From an uncultured Elusimicrobia bacterium (GTDB lineage: Bacteria; Elusimicrobiota; Elusimicrobia; 2-01-FULL-59-12): a DNA stretch of 64,000 nt. The stretch's first letter is position 1; every line of letters begins with the position of its first letter. Below are positions 48,007 to 58,658 of the stretch, piece by piece. The notes beneath the pieces are model-generated. The model was given only the letters and a program-made list of their open reading frames with translations, searched no databases and was not told where the DNA came from. A program made the position numbers and the translations under genes. The stretch spans positions 1,024,001-1,088,000 of the forward strand of contig OY969767.1 of NCBI GenBank assembly GCA_963702895.1. Direction: 5' to 3'.

Positions 48007-48462
48007 TCATCCCGGAGGCGCCTCCTTGTCGACGATCGCGAAGCTAAAAACGGCTTCCGTGGCCAGCTGGCCTTCCACAAAAGCTTCTCCCTTGGCTTTC
48101 CCGAACTTGGAACGCATTTGAAGGACCTCCACCTTGAGCTCCAGGCGATCCCCGGGAACCACCGGTTTGCGGAATTTGATTTCCTCCATGCCCATAAAAA
48201 AGGCGAGCTTATTCTTGGCATCAGGTTTAAAAAGAAAAAGCGCGCAGGCGACCTGGGCCAATGCTTCGACAATGAGGACGCCCGGCATGATCGCGCGATC
48301 TGGAAAGTGGCCCTGGAAAAAAGGTTCATTGCCTGAAACACACTTGATGCCGACGGCACTTTTGTCGGGTTCTGTGATTGTCACCCTGTCGACCAGGAGA
48401 AAGGGAAACCGATGAGGAATCGCCTTTTTGAGTTCGTCGAAATTAAGGACGGTGGATGGCAT
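48007..48462 (-). CDS. fabZ: 3-hydroxyacyl-ACP dehydratase
   Basis: IPHRFPFLLVDRV, NEPFFQGHFP, MPGVLIVEALAQ, KFRKPVVPGD. Confidence 0.96.
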   Translation of the reverse strand: MPSTVLNFDELKKAIPHRFPFLLVDRVTITEPDKSAVGIKCVSGNEPFFQGHFPDRAIMPGVLIVEALAQVACALFLFKPDAKNKLAFFMGMEEIKFRKPVVPGDRLELKVEVLQMRSKFGKAKGEAFVEGQLATEAVFSFAIVDKEAPPG

Positions 48463-49312
48463 AAGGGGCCTCCGATAAACACTTCTCAGCAACCATCTTC
48501 ACAAAATTAACATTGTGACCATGGCCAGGCCTGATGGCCTTGACATGCGCTTTGAGGGACACGCCCAGGAGGAAGAGGTCGCCCAAGAGGTCGAGCGCCT
48601 TGTGGCGCGCGAACTCGTCCGGGAAACGCAAGCTCTTCTCCTTGTTGTGGATGCGGTCCAGGCCTACCACGACCGCGTTGTCGAGAGATCCTCCACGCGC
48701 GAGCCCCTGCTTTTTGAGTGCCTCCACTTCGTAATCGAAACAGAACGTTCGCGCGGTGGCGATTTCCTTGCGGTAACGCTCCGGTTCAATGGTGACGGTG
48801 ATTTCCTGCTGCTGGATCAGCGGGTGCTTGTAGATCAGGACGGTTGTTAGCCGGAGCTCATCGGCCGGCTCCAGCGTAATGACCGTTTCCCCCGCACGGT
48901 ATTCCAAGCGTTCGGTCGGTGCCAAGATCTGCCGCTCGGCATTCTGTTCGGCGAGGCCTGCTCCTTGAAGCGCGTCAAAGAACACGCGGCTTGAGCCATC
49001 CGCCACAGGAGGTTCATTGGCATTAAGCTCAATGACCAAATTGTCGATGCCCAGAGCGTAGACAGCGGAGAGCATATGTTCGATCGTATGCACCCGCAGG
49101 AGCTCATTGCCAAGTGTCGTTCCGCGGATGACGCTCACGACCTTGGAATAATGTGCTCTGATTTGCGGTCGGCCCTCTAAATCGGTTCGAACCAGTGTGA
49201 CGCCTGTATTTTCCGGCGCGGGCTTAAAGACAGCCTCGCACAGGTTGCCGGTGTGCAGGCCAATGCCCTTGTATTCGATTTCCTTCACGATGGTGTGTTG
49301 ACGTGTGCTCAT
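48443..49312 (-). CDS. lpxC: UDP-3-O-acyl-N-acetylglucosamine deacetylase
   Basis: [54 protein letters not shown]. Confidence 0.96.
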   Translation of the reverse strand: MSTRQHTIVKEIEYKGIGLHTGNLCEAVFKPAPENTGVTLVRTDLEGRPQIRAHYSKVVSVIRGTTLGNELLRVHTIEHMLSAVYALGIDNLVIELNANEPPVADGSSRVFFDALQGAGLAEQNAERQILAPTERLEYRAGETVITLEPADELRLTTVLIYKHPLIQQQEITVTIEPERYRKEIATARTFCFDYEVEALKKQGLARGGSLDNAVVVGLDRIHNKEKSLRFPDEFARHKALDLLGDLFLLGVSLKAHVKAIRPGHGHNVNFVKMVAEKCLSEAPYAIHRP

Positions 49313-50277
49313 AATTTTTTCCTAAGTTCCTTAACGGCCTCATAGAGTTCCTCGAGTTTGCCGTAAATGGCCTGGAGTCTCATCGCCTGCCGATGGGGCC
49401 GCGCAGGGGTTCCAAAAAGGACCGCGCCTGGTTCGACATCGTTCATAATGCCGGATTGCGCGGCGATCACGGCTCCGTCGCCAATCGTGATATGCCCCGT
49501 CACGCCCGATTGGCCGGCCAGGGTCACACGGTTGCCGATTTTCGTGGAGCCCGCGATGCCCGCCTGGGCCACAATCAGACAGTCGCGTCCGATGTGGACG
49601 TTATGGGCAATTTGAACAAGATTATCGATCTTGGTCCCCGCTCCGATGCGCGTCTCGCCCGTCGTCGCACGGTCCACCGTGACGTTGGCGCCGATTTCGA
49701 CGTCGTCCTCGACCACAACGCAACCAATCTGAGGGATCTTATGGTGCCGGCCGTTTTGGGTGGCAAAGCCATAGCCGTCCGCTCCCAGGACCGCGCCGGA
49801 GTGGATAATCACGCGATCGCCGATCCTGGTGTCTTCCCGCAGGACGACATGGGGGTAAAGGAGGCAGTTCGCGCCGATCTGGACCCGATGGCCGATATAA
49901 CATCCAGGATAAACGCTCGTGCCCGAACCAATCGTCGCGCTGGGCTCCACGTGGGCTTTGGGATGGACCCCCTGCGGGTGCTGTTGACGTTGTTGATCAA
50001 TCAGACCCAGCACCTGCGCATAAGCCCATTGCGGATTGGCGACACGGATGAGGGTCTTTCCCTCAGGCAGCGTGATCCCGTTCATTTTCTGTGGGATGAG
50101 GACGACCCGGGCCCGTGTGGATTGCAGGGAGCTTATATATTTAGGGTTGTGGAAGAATGAAAGCTCGCTCTCTGACGCCTCATCGAGGCCCGCTGCCCCG
50201 TGGATGACGAGAGCCCCATCGCCCGAGAGATCACCCCCGACCGCCTGAGCAATGTCACGGGCCACAAGGGCGATCAT
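49309..50277 (-). CDS. lpxD: UDP-3-O-acylglucosamine N-acyltransferase
   Basis: [52 protein letters not shown]. Confidence 0.95.
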   Translation of the reverse strand: MIALVARDIAQAVGGDLSGDGALVIHGAAGLDEASESELSFFHNPKYISSLQSTRARVVLIPQKMNGITLPEGKTLIRVANPQWAYAQVLGLIDQQRQQHPQGVHPKAHVEPSATIGSGTSVYPGCYIGHRVQIGANCLLYPHVVLREDTRIGDRVIIHSGAVLGADGYGFATQNGRHHKIPQIGCVVVEDDVEIGANVTVDRATTGETRIGAGTKIDNLVQIAHNVHIGRDCLIVAQAGIAGSTKIGNRVTLAGQSGVTGHITIGDGAVIAAQSGIMNDVEPGAVLFGTPARPHRQAMRLQAIYGKLEELYEAVKELRKKL

Positions 50278-51125
50278 GGACTCTCCTCAACCAGACGCGC
50301 GATCAATTTGTCGCTTAAATCCACCGTATCTTCACCATAGAGCACATAGGCCTTGTCCAGGACGACAGAGAGGCCTTCATCGCGCGCCAGCGTTTGAAGC
50401 ACGGCGTAAATCTTGGACATCACACCGTAGGTCTTCTGTGTTTGCAGGACTTTCATATCCGCAACGGAGTGGCCACGAAAATCTTTAAACTCCGCTGTTT
50501 TGCGTTCCAAAAGCTTGGTGTTGTCATCAATTCGTTTCTGAAGGGCGGTTCTTGCTTCTGGAGTCAAGGCAACCGGGGAGCCCGTGGCCAACTGATCAAG
50601 CAGCGAACCCTTCTTCGTGCTGTCTGGCTTCATGCCAGGCAGCTGGGTCGGGGGACCCTGCTGGACCCGTTCCGTAAGGGTCGTTGCATCATGGCCAGGC
50701 AAGCCAGCCAAGGGATCTTCCAAAGGGTAAGGTTCGACGGAGGTCTTGGCGCTTGGCGTGCTGGTGGCGACCGCAGGCGCTGCTGGAGCAGCGGGCGTCA
50801 AATCCGGGACATTATTGGCCGGAACGATGACAGCCGAGCCCCCCCGGGACTGCTGGAGGGCTTCTTGATCCGAAGCAATCTGTTGCCGAAGGGTGTTGAT
50901 GAGGGATTGGCGCTGGCCAAGCTCGCGTTTGCGCTTCTCGACTTCACGCAAGAGATCCCCTTCCGCAAAAGATTTCTCGGGGTAGGTGTCAAAGACCTTC
51001 TGTAAATCGACGTACCCGATGCGAGAAGCGGATAAAGATTCGAGCGGAATTTCGACCGAAAAAAGCGGGACCTCACCCATAGCCAGGAGAGAAAATGCAA
51101 GCGCGACGGTTCCGCATCTATTCAT
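50274..51125 (-). CDS. OmpH/Skp family chaperone with a long Pro/Ala/Thr-rich insertion
   Basis: Signal peptide, [11 protein letters not shown]-terminal [12 protein letters not shown]...DLS; between bamA and lpxD. Confidence 0.8.
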   Translation of the reverse strand: MNRCGTVALAFSLLAMGEVPLFSVEIPLESLSASRIGYVDLQKVFDTYPEKSFAEGDLLREVEKRKRELGQRQSLINTLRQQIASDQEALQQSRGGSAVIVPANNVPDLTPAAPAAPAVATSTPSAKTSVEPYPLEDPLAGLPGHDATTLTERVQQGPPTQLPGMKPDSTKKGSLLDQLATGSPVALTPEARTALQKRIDDNTKLLERKTAEFKDFRGHSVADMKVLQTQKTYGVMSKIYAVLQTLARDEGLSVVLDKAYVLYGEDTVDLSDKLIARLVEESP

Positions 51126-53602
51126 TAAAAGAGACTCCCTACGGTAAAGTAAAACTGCGATTGCGCTTCCCCTGGGGCGGCATTGAGAGCATGCCCCCAG
51201 TCTAAACGCAAGGGAAACACGGGCGTCTTAAATCGAACGCCGAAACCGACCCCTTGTTTGAGGTTGGTCCGCCCTGAGCCGATTTGATAGTTAATACCGG
51301 AGATTTCGTTCCAAGAGCCGCCGATGTCATAGAAAAACACGCCTTGCAACAGGGTCCTGCCGCGCTCATCGGGGGCTATCGGGAATTTATATTCTACATT
51401 ATAGACGTGAGCGATCTCCCCGCCGTTGATCGCACCGACGCGGCCTAAGTCGTAGCCGCGCACCGTGTCGGCGCCGCCAATGTGGAAGAGTTCATCGACG
51501 ATATCGTCACGCTTGTCCCCCCCCCAAGGCTTCACCATGCCCCAATTTCCGTGGAGCGATAACACAAATTTCCAAAAGGTCGGGATGTGGAGACTTTCGT
51601 CGACGATGGGCTTCACATATTTAATCGCGTCTGCCGGAAACAGGCCGCCCTCGGTGATGGCCAAGGAGGTCCTCATGCCTCGTGTCGGGTCGAATTGATT
51701 ATCGCGTGTATCGCGAATGAATTGCTGTCCTAAGTTAGACGTCTTTTTGCGGGCTTCTGAGATCGTGGGGTCTGTAATCGCTTCAGGGCCAAGGACTTGC
51801 CCTCGGATGACATCGGTCAGGATAGGGTTGGCGGGATTGTTATACACGTCGAAACGCCGACGGAGAGCGAAGGAGTAACTAAAGAGCAGGTTGTAGATGT
51901 CTGAGAAACGGGGCCCGGCGGTGATGCTTCCGCCAACGTCGTGGGTTTTGTAAGCATCCCGAACGGTGTTCAGCTGCAGGGTACGGGTCACGTTAAAGAC
52001 ATTCAAGCCGAGCGTCAAGGGTTTGCCCATAAACCATGGCTCCGACCATCCGATGTCGAAGCTGTTGGTACGAGAACCGAATTGCCACTGCACGTTCACG
52101 CGCTGGCCACGGCCGAGGAAGTTCATGTGCTGTACCGAAAGCGTGCCAATCAAACCGTCGACCGAAGAGTAGCCGGCGCCTGCGGAAAGAACTCCGGGTT
52201 TTCCTTCGGTGACGGTGAAAATGATGTCTGCTTTGGTGGGAGAGCTGGGTTGTTGGACATCGACGTCGATATTGTCGAGGAAGCCTAAATTGTAAAGCCT
52301 TTCCACACTCTTGCGGGCCAGCACGGAGCTGAAAGGATCACCCTCTCTGAGTTTGATTTCCCGGCGGATGACGTAATCCTTCGTGTGCGTATTGCCTTCG
52401 ACGCCGATATGGTCGACATACACCACATCGCCTTCGGTGATCTTGAAGTCAAGGTCGACGATGCCTTGCGGGGCGTCTTGGTTGAACTCGGTCGCGATGT
52501 TGACGCGAATATAGCCTTGGGACCCGTAAACGTCTTGGAGCCGGCCCATGGTCTGGTCGACTTTCTCCTGGCTGTATACATCGGAAGATTTATAAATGAC
52601 AGCCGGATGGAGTTTCTCGCTGGGGAAGATGGCATTGCCTCGAAAAGAGGTCTTGCCAAAGCGAAAAAGAGGGCCTTCTTCGACCGTCACGCTGACCGTC
52701 AGACGCGTCTTGTCTTCATTGAAAGTCTGCGTTGGTTCCGGGACCCGGATATTCTGATAACCGCGGTTCTTATAAAACTTCATGATTTCTTCCACATCCT
52801 TGACGAGCACGTCCTGCTTGAAGACCTTTTTCCGGCGTGTTTTCATTAACTTTTGGATCTTTTTGGGCTCAAAGGCCTTCACGCCCGAAAGCTCGACCTG
52901 GCTCACCAGAACCTGGGTCCCCTCGGTGATGAAGAAGGTAATGGAAACGTGTTGGGTGTCGTCGGTCGTGGAAAAGGGCTCCACCTGAGCGGCGGCAAAG
53001 CCTTCATCCTTGTAGACGGAAAGGATTTTCTCGACATCGATGTTCAGCTTGAACTTGTCGAGGGGATCGCTTTCCTTGAGCGTCAGGCTGTCCCGAAGCT
53101 TGCTGGAGCCTAACTTCTTGTTCCCTTTAAAGTCGATGCGCTTGACGACGGGCTTTTCCGCGACTTTGAAGGTGACGATCACGCCCCCGGGGACATCCGT
53201 GACTTCCAGCGACACGTCCTCGAAGTTTCCCATGCCGTAGATCGCCTGGACATCTTTGCTGAGCTTGGCCGGGTCATAGAGATCGTTCTTATGGGTTTTG
53301 ACCTGAGCGAGGATCACGCGCTCTCGGACGTTGCGATTGCCTTCCGTCTGGATTTTAAGGATGCGGGCAAAACGATTCAGGCGCTTGGATTCCTGTTCAG
53401 TTTCTGGAACGCCCGGTTCGTCAGAGGCCTCCGTAGGACTGGAGATGGAGAGAACATCCGTGGGAACAGGAAGCTCTCCCAGTGCAGCCGCCAGAGAGAT
53501 CCCGGGCGTGCCCTCTGCCCGAACCATCCCACCGACGCTGCATGCTCCAAGCAAAACCAATAATGAAAATCGAAATCGCTTCGAAAAATGTAGCAAGAAC
53601 AC
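51125..53602 (-). CDS. bamA: Outer-membrane protein assembly factor BamA
   Basis: POTRA repeats (GN.., TKDYVIRREI), GAGYSS, NFLGRGQ, DTRDNQFDPTRG, VRGY motif, PLRLDWG, C-terminal Phe. Confidence 0.93.
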   Translation of the reverse strand: MFLLHFSKRFRFSLLVLLGACSVGGMVRAEGTPGISLAAALGELPVPTDVLSISSPTEASDEPGVPETEQESKRLNRFARILKIQTEGNRNVRERVILAQVKTHKNDLYDPAKLSKDVQAIYGMGNFEDVSLEVTDVPGGVIVTFKVAEKPVVKRIDFKGNKKLGSSKLRDSLTLKESDPLDKFKLNIDVEKILSVYKDEGFAAAQVEPFSTTDDTQHVSITFFITEGTQVLVSQVELSGVKAFEPKKIQKLMKTRRKKVFKQDVLVKDVEEIMKFYKNRGYQNIRVPEPTQTFNEDKTRLTVSVTVEEGPLFRFGKTSFRGNAIFPSEKLHPAVIYKSSDVYSQEKVDQTMGRLQDVYGSQGYIRVNIATEFNQDAPQGIVDLDFKITEGDVVYVDHIGVEGNTHTKDYVIRREIKLREGDPFSSVLARKSVERLYNLGFLDNIDVDVQQPSSPTKADIIFTVTEGKPGVLSAGAGYSSVDGLIGTLSVQHMNFLGRGQRVNVQWQFGSRTNSFDIGWSEPWFMGKPLTLGLNVFNVTRTLQLNTVRDAYKTHDVGGSITAGPRFSDIYNLLFSYSFALRRRFDVYNNPANPILTDVIRGQVLGPEAITDPTISEARKKTSNLGQQFIRDTRDNQFDPTRGMRTSLAITEGGLFPADAIKYVKPIVDESLHIPTFWKFVLSLHGNWGMVKPWGGDKRDDIVDELFHIGGADTVRGYDLGRVGAINGGEIAHVYNVEYKFPIAPDERGRTLLQGVFFYDIGGSWNEISGINYQIGSGRTNLKQGVGFGVRFKTPVFPLRLDWGHALNAAPGEAQSQFYFTVGSLF

Positions 53603-53625
53603 TCCTCAGACTATAATTTCTGCGA

Positions 53626-53634
53626 ATTATATCA
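53626..53634 (-). promoter_or_regulatory. Extended -10 promoter upstream of bamA
   Basis: Minus strand TGATATAAT; GAGGA SD near the start. Confidence 0.5.
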
Positions 53635-53678
53635 AAATGCCTATGATCACCGAGGAGGAAGGAGAGGCCTCGGACCCG

Positions 53679-56600
53679 CTATTTCTTTTTTCCCTTGTTC
53701 GTATTGCCCCACCAGCCGAAGCGCCAGCGGGGTTCGATCGTGACACGGCGATCGGGAAGGATCCCGGGGGCCGAGTTGGGCAAATCAAAAGACCCGCGCA
53801 GATAAAGGTTCTTGAACGCGCGGTAGGAGAGTTGGACATCGGAGATGAGGTCGATTTTTCTCTGCTGCAGTTCAGCATCAACCTGGGAGGACGGTATAAA
53901 CCGAACTCCGTAGCCCACGGAGACTTTCTTTGAAAGATCTTTTTCGATTGTGTACTTGGTATTGGCCAAGAGATTGAGGGCGGTCGATTGCTGTTGGGAG
54001 GGGGCGGCGTTTAAGTCCCCCCCCGCCGCCGTGTTGGGGTCAAAGATGTGCTGCACGTGAAGCCGATCGGCGATTCCAGCTTTCTTGAGGACGTTCTGGG
54101 CCAGCGGCGTGGTCAGGCTTGAGTCAATGAGACTGACCAGCTGCTTCTGATAGAGATAGTTGCGTTCTTGGACGGTCAGGTTCTCGGTATCGGTTTGGGT
54201 GACGCGCGCCAGGAGTTTGTCCTGGGTCATCGTGGGATTGACGGCGGACGTCAGTCGTGGTTTGATTTGGTCCACAGGCGCGTAATCGATGTTCAGCGTG
54301 ATGGTATCGTTGGTGCTCAAGCGGCTCCCCCCTGTGCCGCCGCTCACGGTATCGACCGCCTGGGCTTGCGATTCCGCGATCCCGCGTATGTAGGGGGTGT
54401 TGATCACCCGCGCACCGCTTTTTTCGGAACGGACGTCATAGCGAGCCTGCCGGATGTCGAACTGAAGGCCAAGATAGCTGATGCGACCCTGGTTGATATC
54501 GAGCCCGCCATTCACCTCCAAAGCGTCGCTGGGCCCCTTGAGGGCCAGCTGTCCAGCGACACTGGCTTGCACGAGTTCATTTTCAAACCAGGCGCTGTCT
54601 AAAAATCTCAGGTTTACGTCCCAGTAAATACGCCTGAACCACTCCAGTACGGCTGTCGGAGGGGGCCGTTTGCTGGAAGGCGGGAACGTGAAGTGACCGT
54701 TCGAAAAGATCCCTTCCCCGCTGAAGGTGGGAGACTCCGCTGGTCCGCGAAGGGCAACATGACCCTGCACGTCGCAACGCGAATCGGTGGTCAAGAACTT
54801 AAACCGTTTGGCGAGCGGACTGTCGGGAATCGCGAGCTCCGGGACTTGAACTTCCACCCCCTTGCTTGAGACCACGGCAAGCTGGACATCATAGGCGGAA
54901 GGGAGAAAACCGGACAGGGTGATCTTCCCTGTTCCTTTGAACTCTCCATCTCCGGACTTGCCTCGTAAGTCCTTGATCGTGAGGGTGTTGTCATCAAAAT
55001 CCAAGGCCAGGGTTCCGCCGCGCAGCCGACGGAAATAATGCGCACCCGTGATGTCGCCATGGGTCACGCGAAGCGATCCTCGGAGCTGCGGGTTGTCCAA
55101 AGTCCCTTTGATTTGGAGAAGACCTTCGACTGGCCCTTTGGCTTCACGGACTTCCCTCGAAAAGGATTTGAGGAGGCTCAAATTGGCGTCGTGCAATCGA
55201 ATGGAAAAATCGATGGGTGGTGAGGAGGGGGCGGCGCTTTTGGCGGCACGCAAGACTTGAGAAGGCGTGCCCGCGGGGTTCTCTGGATTTCCGAACTCTG
55301 CTTTTTGGCGAAGTGGAAAGACCCCGGAACCCTCAAGGCCGTAATGACCAGGATCACTCAGGAAGAGCCGGGAAAAGGTGATGCGATCGTCCTGCCACAC
55401 AAACACCGCGGTCCCCGACCGGAAGGCAAGACCCAAGATGCTTCCACGATCAAGGTCCACGCTCCCTTCAACATGCGGGTGCTTCGAGTCACCGCGCCCC
55501 ACGACGGACAAATCGGCCGCGCCGCTGATCGCATAAGGGAAGCCGGAGAGCTCACCCAACGTGCTGATGTCCATACCACGGCCTTCCATTTTGAAGTCCC
55601 AGTGGTGGGGCCCCATTTCGCCTGTGAGGGCCAGCCCTTGTTCATATTTCCCCGAGATAAAGAGGTCCGAGATCCGAAGTTGTGGGGACTTCTGGAAGTT
55701 GATCGTTCCTGTGATGAGGGGCCCGGCGTTGGCCGGCGCGGAGAACTTTAACTCGCCGTTGTAATAGTCAGCCTGAAGAATGCCTTCTTCAAGCTCATAG
55801 TCATTGATAAAGAGAGACCTCGTTTGGGCTTTGGTTTGAATGGCAAAGCCTTCGGGCTTGATTTGCCACGTGCCTTCCATGCCCAGACCACCAAAGAGGG
55901 TAAAGACGCCCAGGTGGAGGTTGCGTAGGTCCAGGCCCAGGACCAGGCGCGCGGGCGAAGAGTCCGCAAACTCCACATAGCTGCCTTTGTGGAAGCGCAC
56001 CAACTCTTCCAGGGTCCTGGCTTCCGCCTCGGTGAGGGTGAGACGCCAGATGTTGGAGTTCTCGGCCAAGGAAGCCAGGGTCATCGTCATGTCGAGCTTG
56101 TCGAGCTTAAAAGGATGGGTTGTGCCGGCGGCATACGTGAGGGGGCCCGCGGCCAAGTGTCCAGTCCACTGGAGTCGCGAGAGCGGTCCACTCAGGGTGA
56201 GCGTGGTGTCGGCCAACCCCTCCAGCCGCTTGGGAAAATGAAGACTTTCAGCAAGGGCCGCTAAATTCAAGGCCTTCAACTGAAGTGTGCCACGGACCTC
56301 GGCATCCGGTGTCACGTGCCCGATCAGTTCAAAGTCCCCCCCTGACGCCATGCGACCGCTGATACGGAGCGGATTCAGGCCGCCTCTGCCCCAGGAGGCT
56401 TCGAGGTCCGCGGAAAATGGGAAGGCCCTCCATCGGGCACTTCGTAAGCGCGCACGGACCTTGTCTTCGGGATTTTCAGCAGAACCGGATTGTTCGTACT
56501 CCGCTCGTAAACGGCCATCCCAAAGAGGCGCCTGGAACACCAGATTACCTTCGCGCTTGTCTTGTCCTGTAAAGAACTTCCCAGTGAATTCAAAAGGAAT

Positions 56601-58634
56601 ATCCCAGGGCGCCGGGGCAGAACGGCTTTTGAGGCTGCCTTTTCCAGCCCATTCCCATTCATTTTGTCCGGAGGTGCCGCGCGTTTTCCATGAAGCTTTG
56701 GCCTGGCCCAGGAGTTCAGCGGTTTTGTTCTCAAGCGATAGTTTCGTGATTTCAAAAGCTTGAGGCCGAAGTTGGAAAAGGAGATGCCCTCGCTGCACCG
56801 TCCAAGAGCCGATGACGACATCCTGGAAGCTCGCCGTGCCCTTGTTCTCGGCATATTGACCACGAATGCCTTGTCCAATTTGAATCGAAGGGAGCGCCAA
56901 GCGGCCCTTGTCATAGATCAGGTTCCCGGAAGACAGACCGAGAGGCTTCTCGTAGAAAGTCAAATCGCGGCTCTCGAGGGTCGCTTTCACCTGGGGGTCC
57001 TGGGCCGTGCCGGTGATGTGACCTTGGGCGGAGGCGTGTCCGCGGAGCGGAATGCTCGTGAGGCTCAAAAAAGGAAGATCGGTCACGATGTCTGCTTGAG
57101 CGATAGACCAGGTGAAGCGTAGAGATTGGGGCCGGGGTTCGTAGCGACCTTCCGCGCTCAGCGATGCTCCACTGGGCAGGGTGATGTCAAGATGATCGAG
57201 ATGGATCGTTTCAGACGTTTGGTGTCCCGCAAGCGCGACGCGGAAATGGGTGGTCTCCGATTTGCCCAGGGCTTGGAACTCCGTCCTTGTCATCTCCAGG
57301 TCGCCCTTCGCCTCGCCCAACGCGGTTGGCCCCCAGGCCCCACCGCTCAGCCACCAGGCGCCTGTGAGCTGGTAGTTGTCCCACGGGCCTTTCAGTGCGC
57401 AAGAGGCATTGAGTTGGCCCTCCAAGATGCGGGGTTTTCCTTCCTGGTTTAGAGCGGCAAGCGATAGGTTCTCGGCGGTCAGCGTGAGGTCCGTGCCTGA
57501 GCCGCGAAGGTGTCCCTTGGTCGTGACTCGGCCGTTCAGGAACTGAAACGTGCTCTCCTGAGACTCCCACACGCCATCGCGATAGCTCATTTGCACCGAG
57601 GCGTTCTGGAAGGGCCATGCTCCCAAGGTGCCGGATTCCAGTGTCGCGCGGATTTGTAGGCCCAGTGGAGATTCCGTGAGTTCCGGTGTGAGTTCAGCAC
57701 GGCCCTGGCCTTTGAACCAAGGACAACTGATCAAGAAGCGGGGGCTGGACACCTTTTGTTTTCGATAGGTCCACGTGCCCTCCAACGCCAGCGCTGGTGT
57801 TGAAACGGCCGGGGACTCTGGGCCGGAGGAGAGCCTCAACGTGGCATTCTTAATCTGGCGGATCCAATCCTTCGCGGACCTGGGCAGAGAACGGCCGCCG
57901 GCCTCGACCTCAAAGTCAAAGTGACCTGGGACTGTCCAGCCTGTTGGCAAGAAGGGTCTGCGGAGGTGCGTTCTCGCGAGATCCAAAGCCGCTTGCGTTT
58001 GACAGCCAAAGACCTCGACGTGTGCGCTCCAGCGCCTTCCGAGAGTCGAGCCTTCGAAGTCGATACGGTCCGCTTCCCGGATACGGCCCGTGACGAAGAG
58101 GCTTGTCTGTGGGCCGCGGATGCGATAGGAGCCCTTGGCTTGAAAGAGAGACCACGGGCCGGCGGGAACATCAGGGTCTTCCCATTGGAAGGTACCGTCC
58201 TCCCAGGAGAGCTTGAACCAGGGGAGCAGAGAGGTCGCTCGAGGGGAGGCGCGCAGGTTCGGGAGGTCGCTGCGGGCCAGCTTGACCCGTGGTTGTGTCA
58301 AGTGGACCCCGCCGATGGCGTAGACGGGATTGCGTCTGTAAAGGGCCCGCGGCAAGCCCAGGGGGCTTAACGAAAGCTCAATCTGACTTGCCTCGAACAA
58401 GGAACGGTCTTGGTTCAAGGGATCTCTCACGCGGACATTGATGAGGCGAAAGCCTTTCAGATACGCCAGCGTGATGGTTTCGACTTGGACGTTCTTTTGC
58501 GTGAGCCGGCTGGCCGATCTTTCAAGAAAGCTTCGGAGTCGAGGCTCCCAGGTGACGCTGAAGCCAAGGAAGAGCCACTGTAAGGTCCCCGCAAACGCCA
58601 CAATAAAAATAACGATGTAGGAGAGACGTTTCAT
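53679..58634 (-). CDS. TamB/AsmA-like large periplasmic beta-rich protein
   Basis: N-terminal TM anchor; repeated G.L.L.G...P.L.G beta-taco motifs; about 1650 aa; directly upstream of bamA; start ATG 58634. Confidence 0.75.
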   Translation of the reverse strand: MKRLSYIVIFIVAFAGTLQWLFLGFSVTWEPRLRSFLERSASRLTQKNVQVETITLAYLKGFRLINVRVRDPLNQDRSLFEASQIELSLSPLGLPRALYRRNPVYAIGGVHLTQPRVKLARSDLPNLRASPRATSLLPWFKLSWEDGTFQWEDPDVPAGPWSLFQAKGSYRIRGPQTSLFVTGRIREADRIDFEGSTLGRRWSAHVEVFGCQTQAALDLARTHLRRPFLPTGWTVPGHFDFEVEAGGRSLPRSAKDWIRQIKNATLRLSSGPESPAVSTPALALEGTWTYRKQKVSSPRFLISCPWFKGQGRAELTPELTESPLGLQIRATLESGTLGAWPFQNASVQMSYRDGVWESQESTFQFLNGRVTTKGHLRGSGTDLTLTAENLSLAALNQEGKPRILEGQLNASCALKGPWDNYQLTGAWWLSGGAWGPTALGEAKGDLEMTRTEFQALGKSETTHFRVALAGHQTSETIHLDHLDITLPSGASLSAEGRYEPRPQSLRFTWSIAQADIVTDLPFLSLTSIPLRGHASAQGHITGTAQDPQVKATLESRDLTFYEKPLGLSSGNLIYDKGRLALPSIQIGQGIRGQYAENKGTASFQDVVIGSWTVQRGHLLFQLRPQAFEITKLSLENKTAELLGQAKASWKTRGTSGQNEWEWAGKGSLKSRSAPAPWDIPFEFTGKFFTGQDKREGNLVFQAPLWDGRLRAEYEQSGSAENPEDKVRARLRSARWRAFPFSADLEASWGRGGLNPLRISGRMASGGDFELIGHVTPDAEVRGTLQLKALNLAALAESLHFPKRLEGLADTTLTLSGPLSRLQWTGHLAAGPLTYAAGTTHPFKLDKLDMTMTLASLAENSNIWRLTLTEAEARTLEELVRFHKGSYVEFADSSPARLVLGLDLRNLHLGVFTLFGGLGMEGTWQIKPEGFAIQTKAQTRSLFINDYELEEGILQADYYNGELKFSAPANAGPLITGTINFQKSPQLRISDLFISGKYEQGLALTGEMGPHHWDFKMEGRGMDISTLGELSGFPYAISGAADLSVVGRGDSKHPHVEGSVDLDRGSILGLAFRSGTAVFVWQDDRITFSRLFLSDPGHYGLEGSGVFPLRQKAEFGNPENPAGTPSQVLRAAKSAAPSSPPIDFSIRLHDANLSLLKSFSREVREAKGPVEGLLQIKGTLDNPQLRGSLRVTHGDITGAHYFRRLRGGTLALDFDDNTLTIKDLRGKSGDGEFKGTGKITLSGFLPSAYDVQLAVVSSKGVEVQVPELAIPDSPLAKRFKFLTTDSRCDVQGHVALRGPAESPTFSGEGIFSNGHFTFPPSSKRPPPTAVLEWFRRIYWDVNLRFLDSAWFENELVQASVAGQLALKGPSDALEVNGGLDINQGRISYLGLQFDIRQARYDVRSEKSGARVINTPYIRGIAESQAQAVDTVSGGTGGSRLSTNDTITLNIDYAPVDQIKPRLTSAVNPTMTQDKLLARVTQTDTENLTVQERNYLYQKQLVSLIDSSLTTPLAQNVLKKAGIADRLHVQHIFDPNTAAGGDLNAAPSQQQSTALNLLANTKYTIEKDLSKKVSVGYGVRFIPSSQVDAELQQRKIDLISDVQLSYRAFKNLYLRGSFDLPNSAPGILPDRRVTIEPRWRFGWWGNTNKGKKK

Positions 58635-58649
58635 AGCGCTTTCATCAAC

Positions 58650-58658
58650 AGTATAACA
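58650..58658 (-). promoter_or_regulatory. Extended -10 promoter upstream of the tamB-like gene
   Basis: Minus strand TGTTATACT, 15 nt before ATG 58634. Confidence 0.45.

Noticed and set aside
51510..51530. Homopolymer C/G runs (also near 19665, 31362, 45126) as phase-variation tracts
   Set aside because: Short (7-8 nt), in frame within intact genes, explained by Gly/Trp codons
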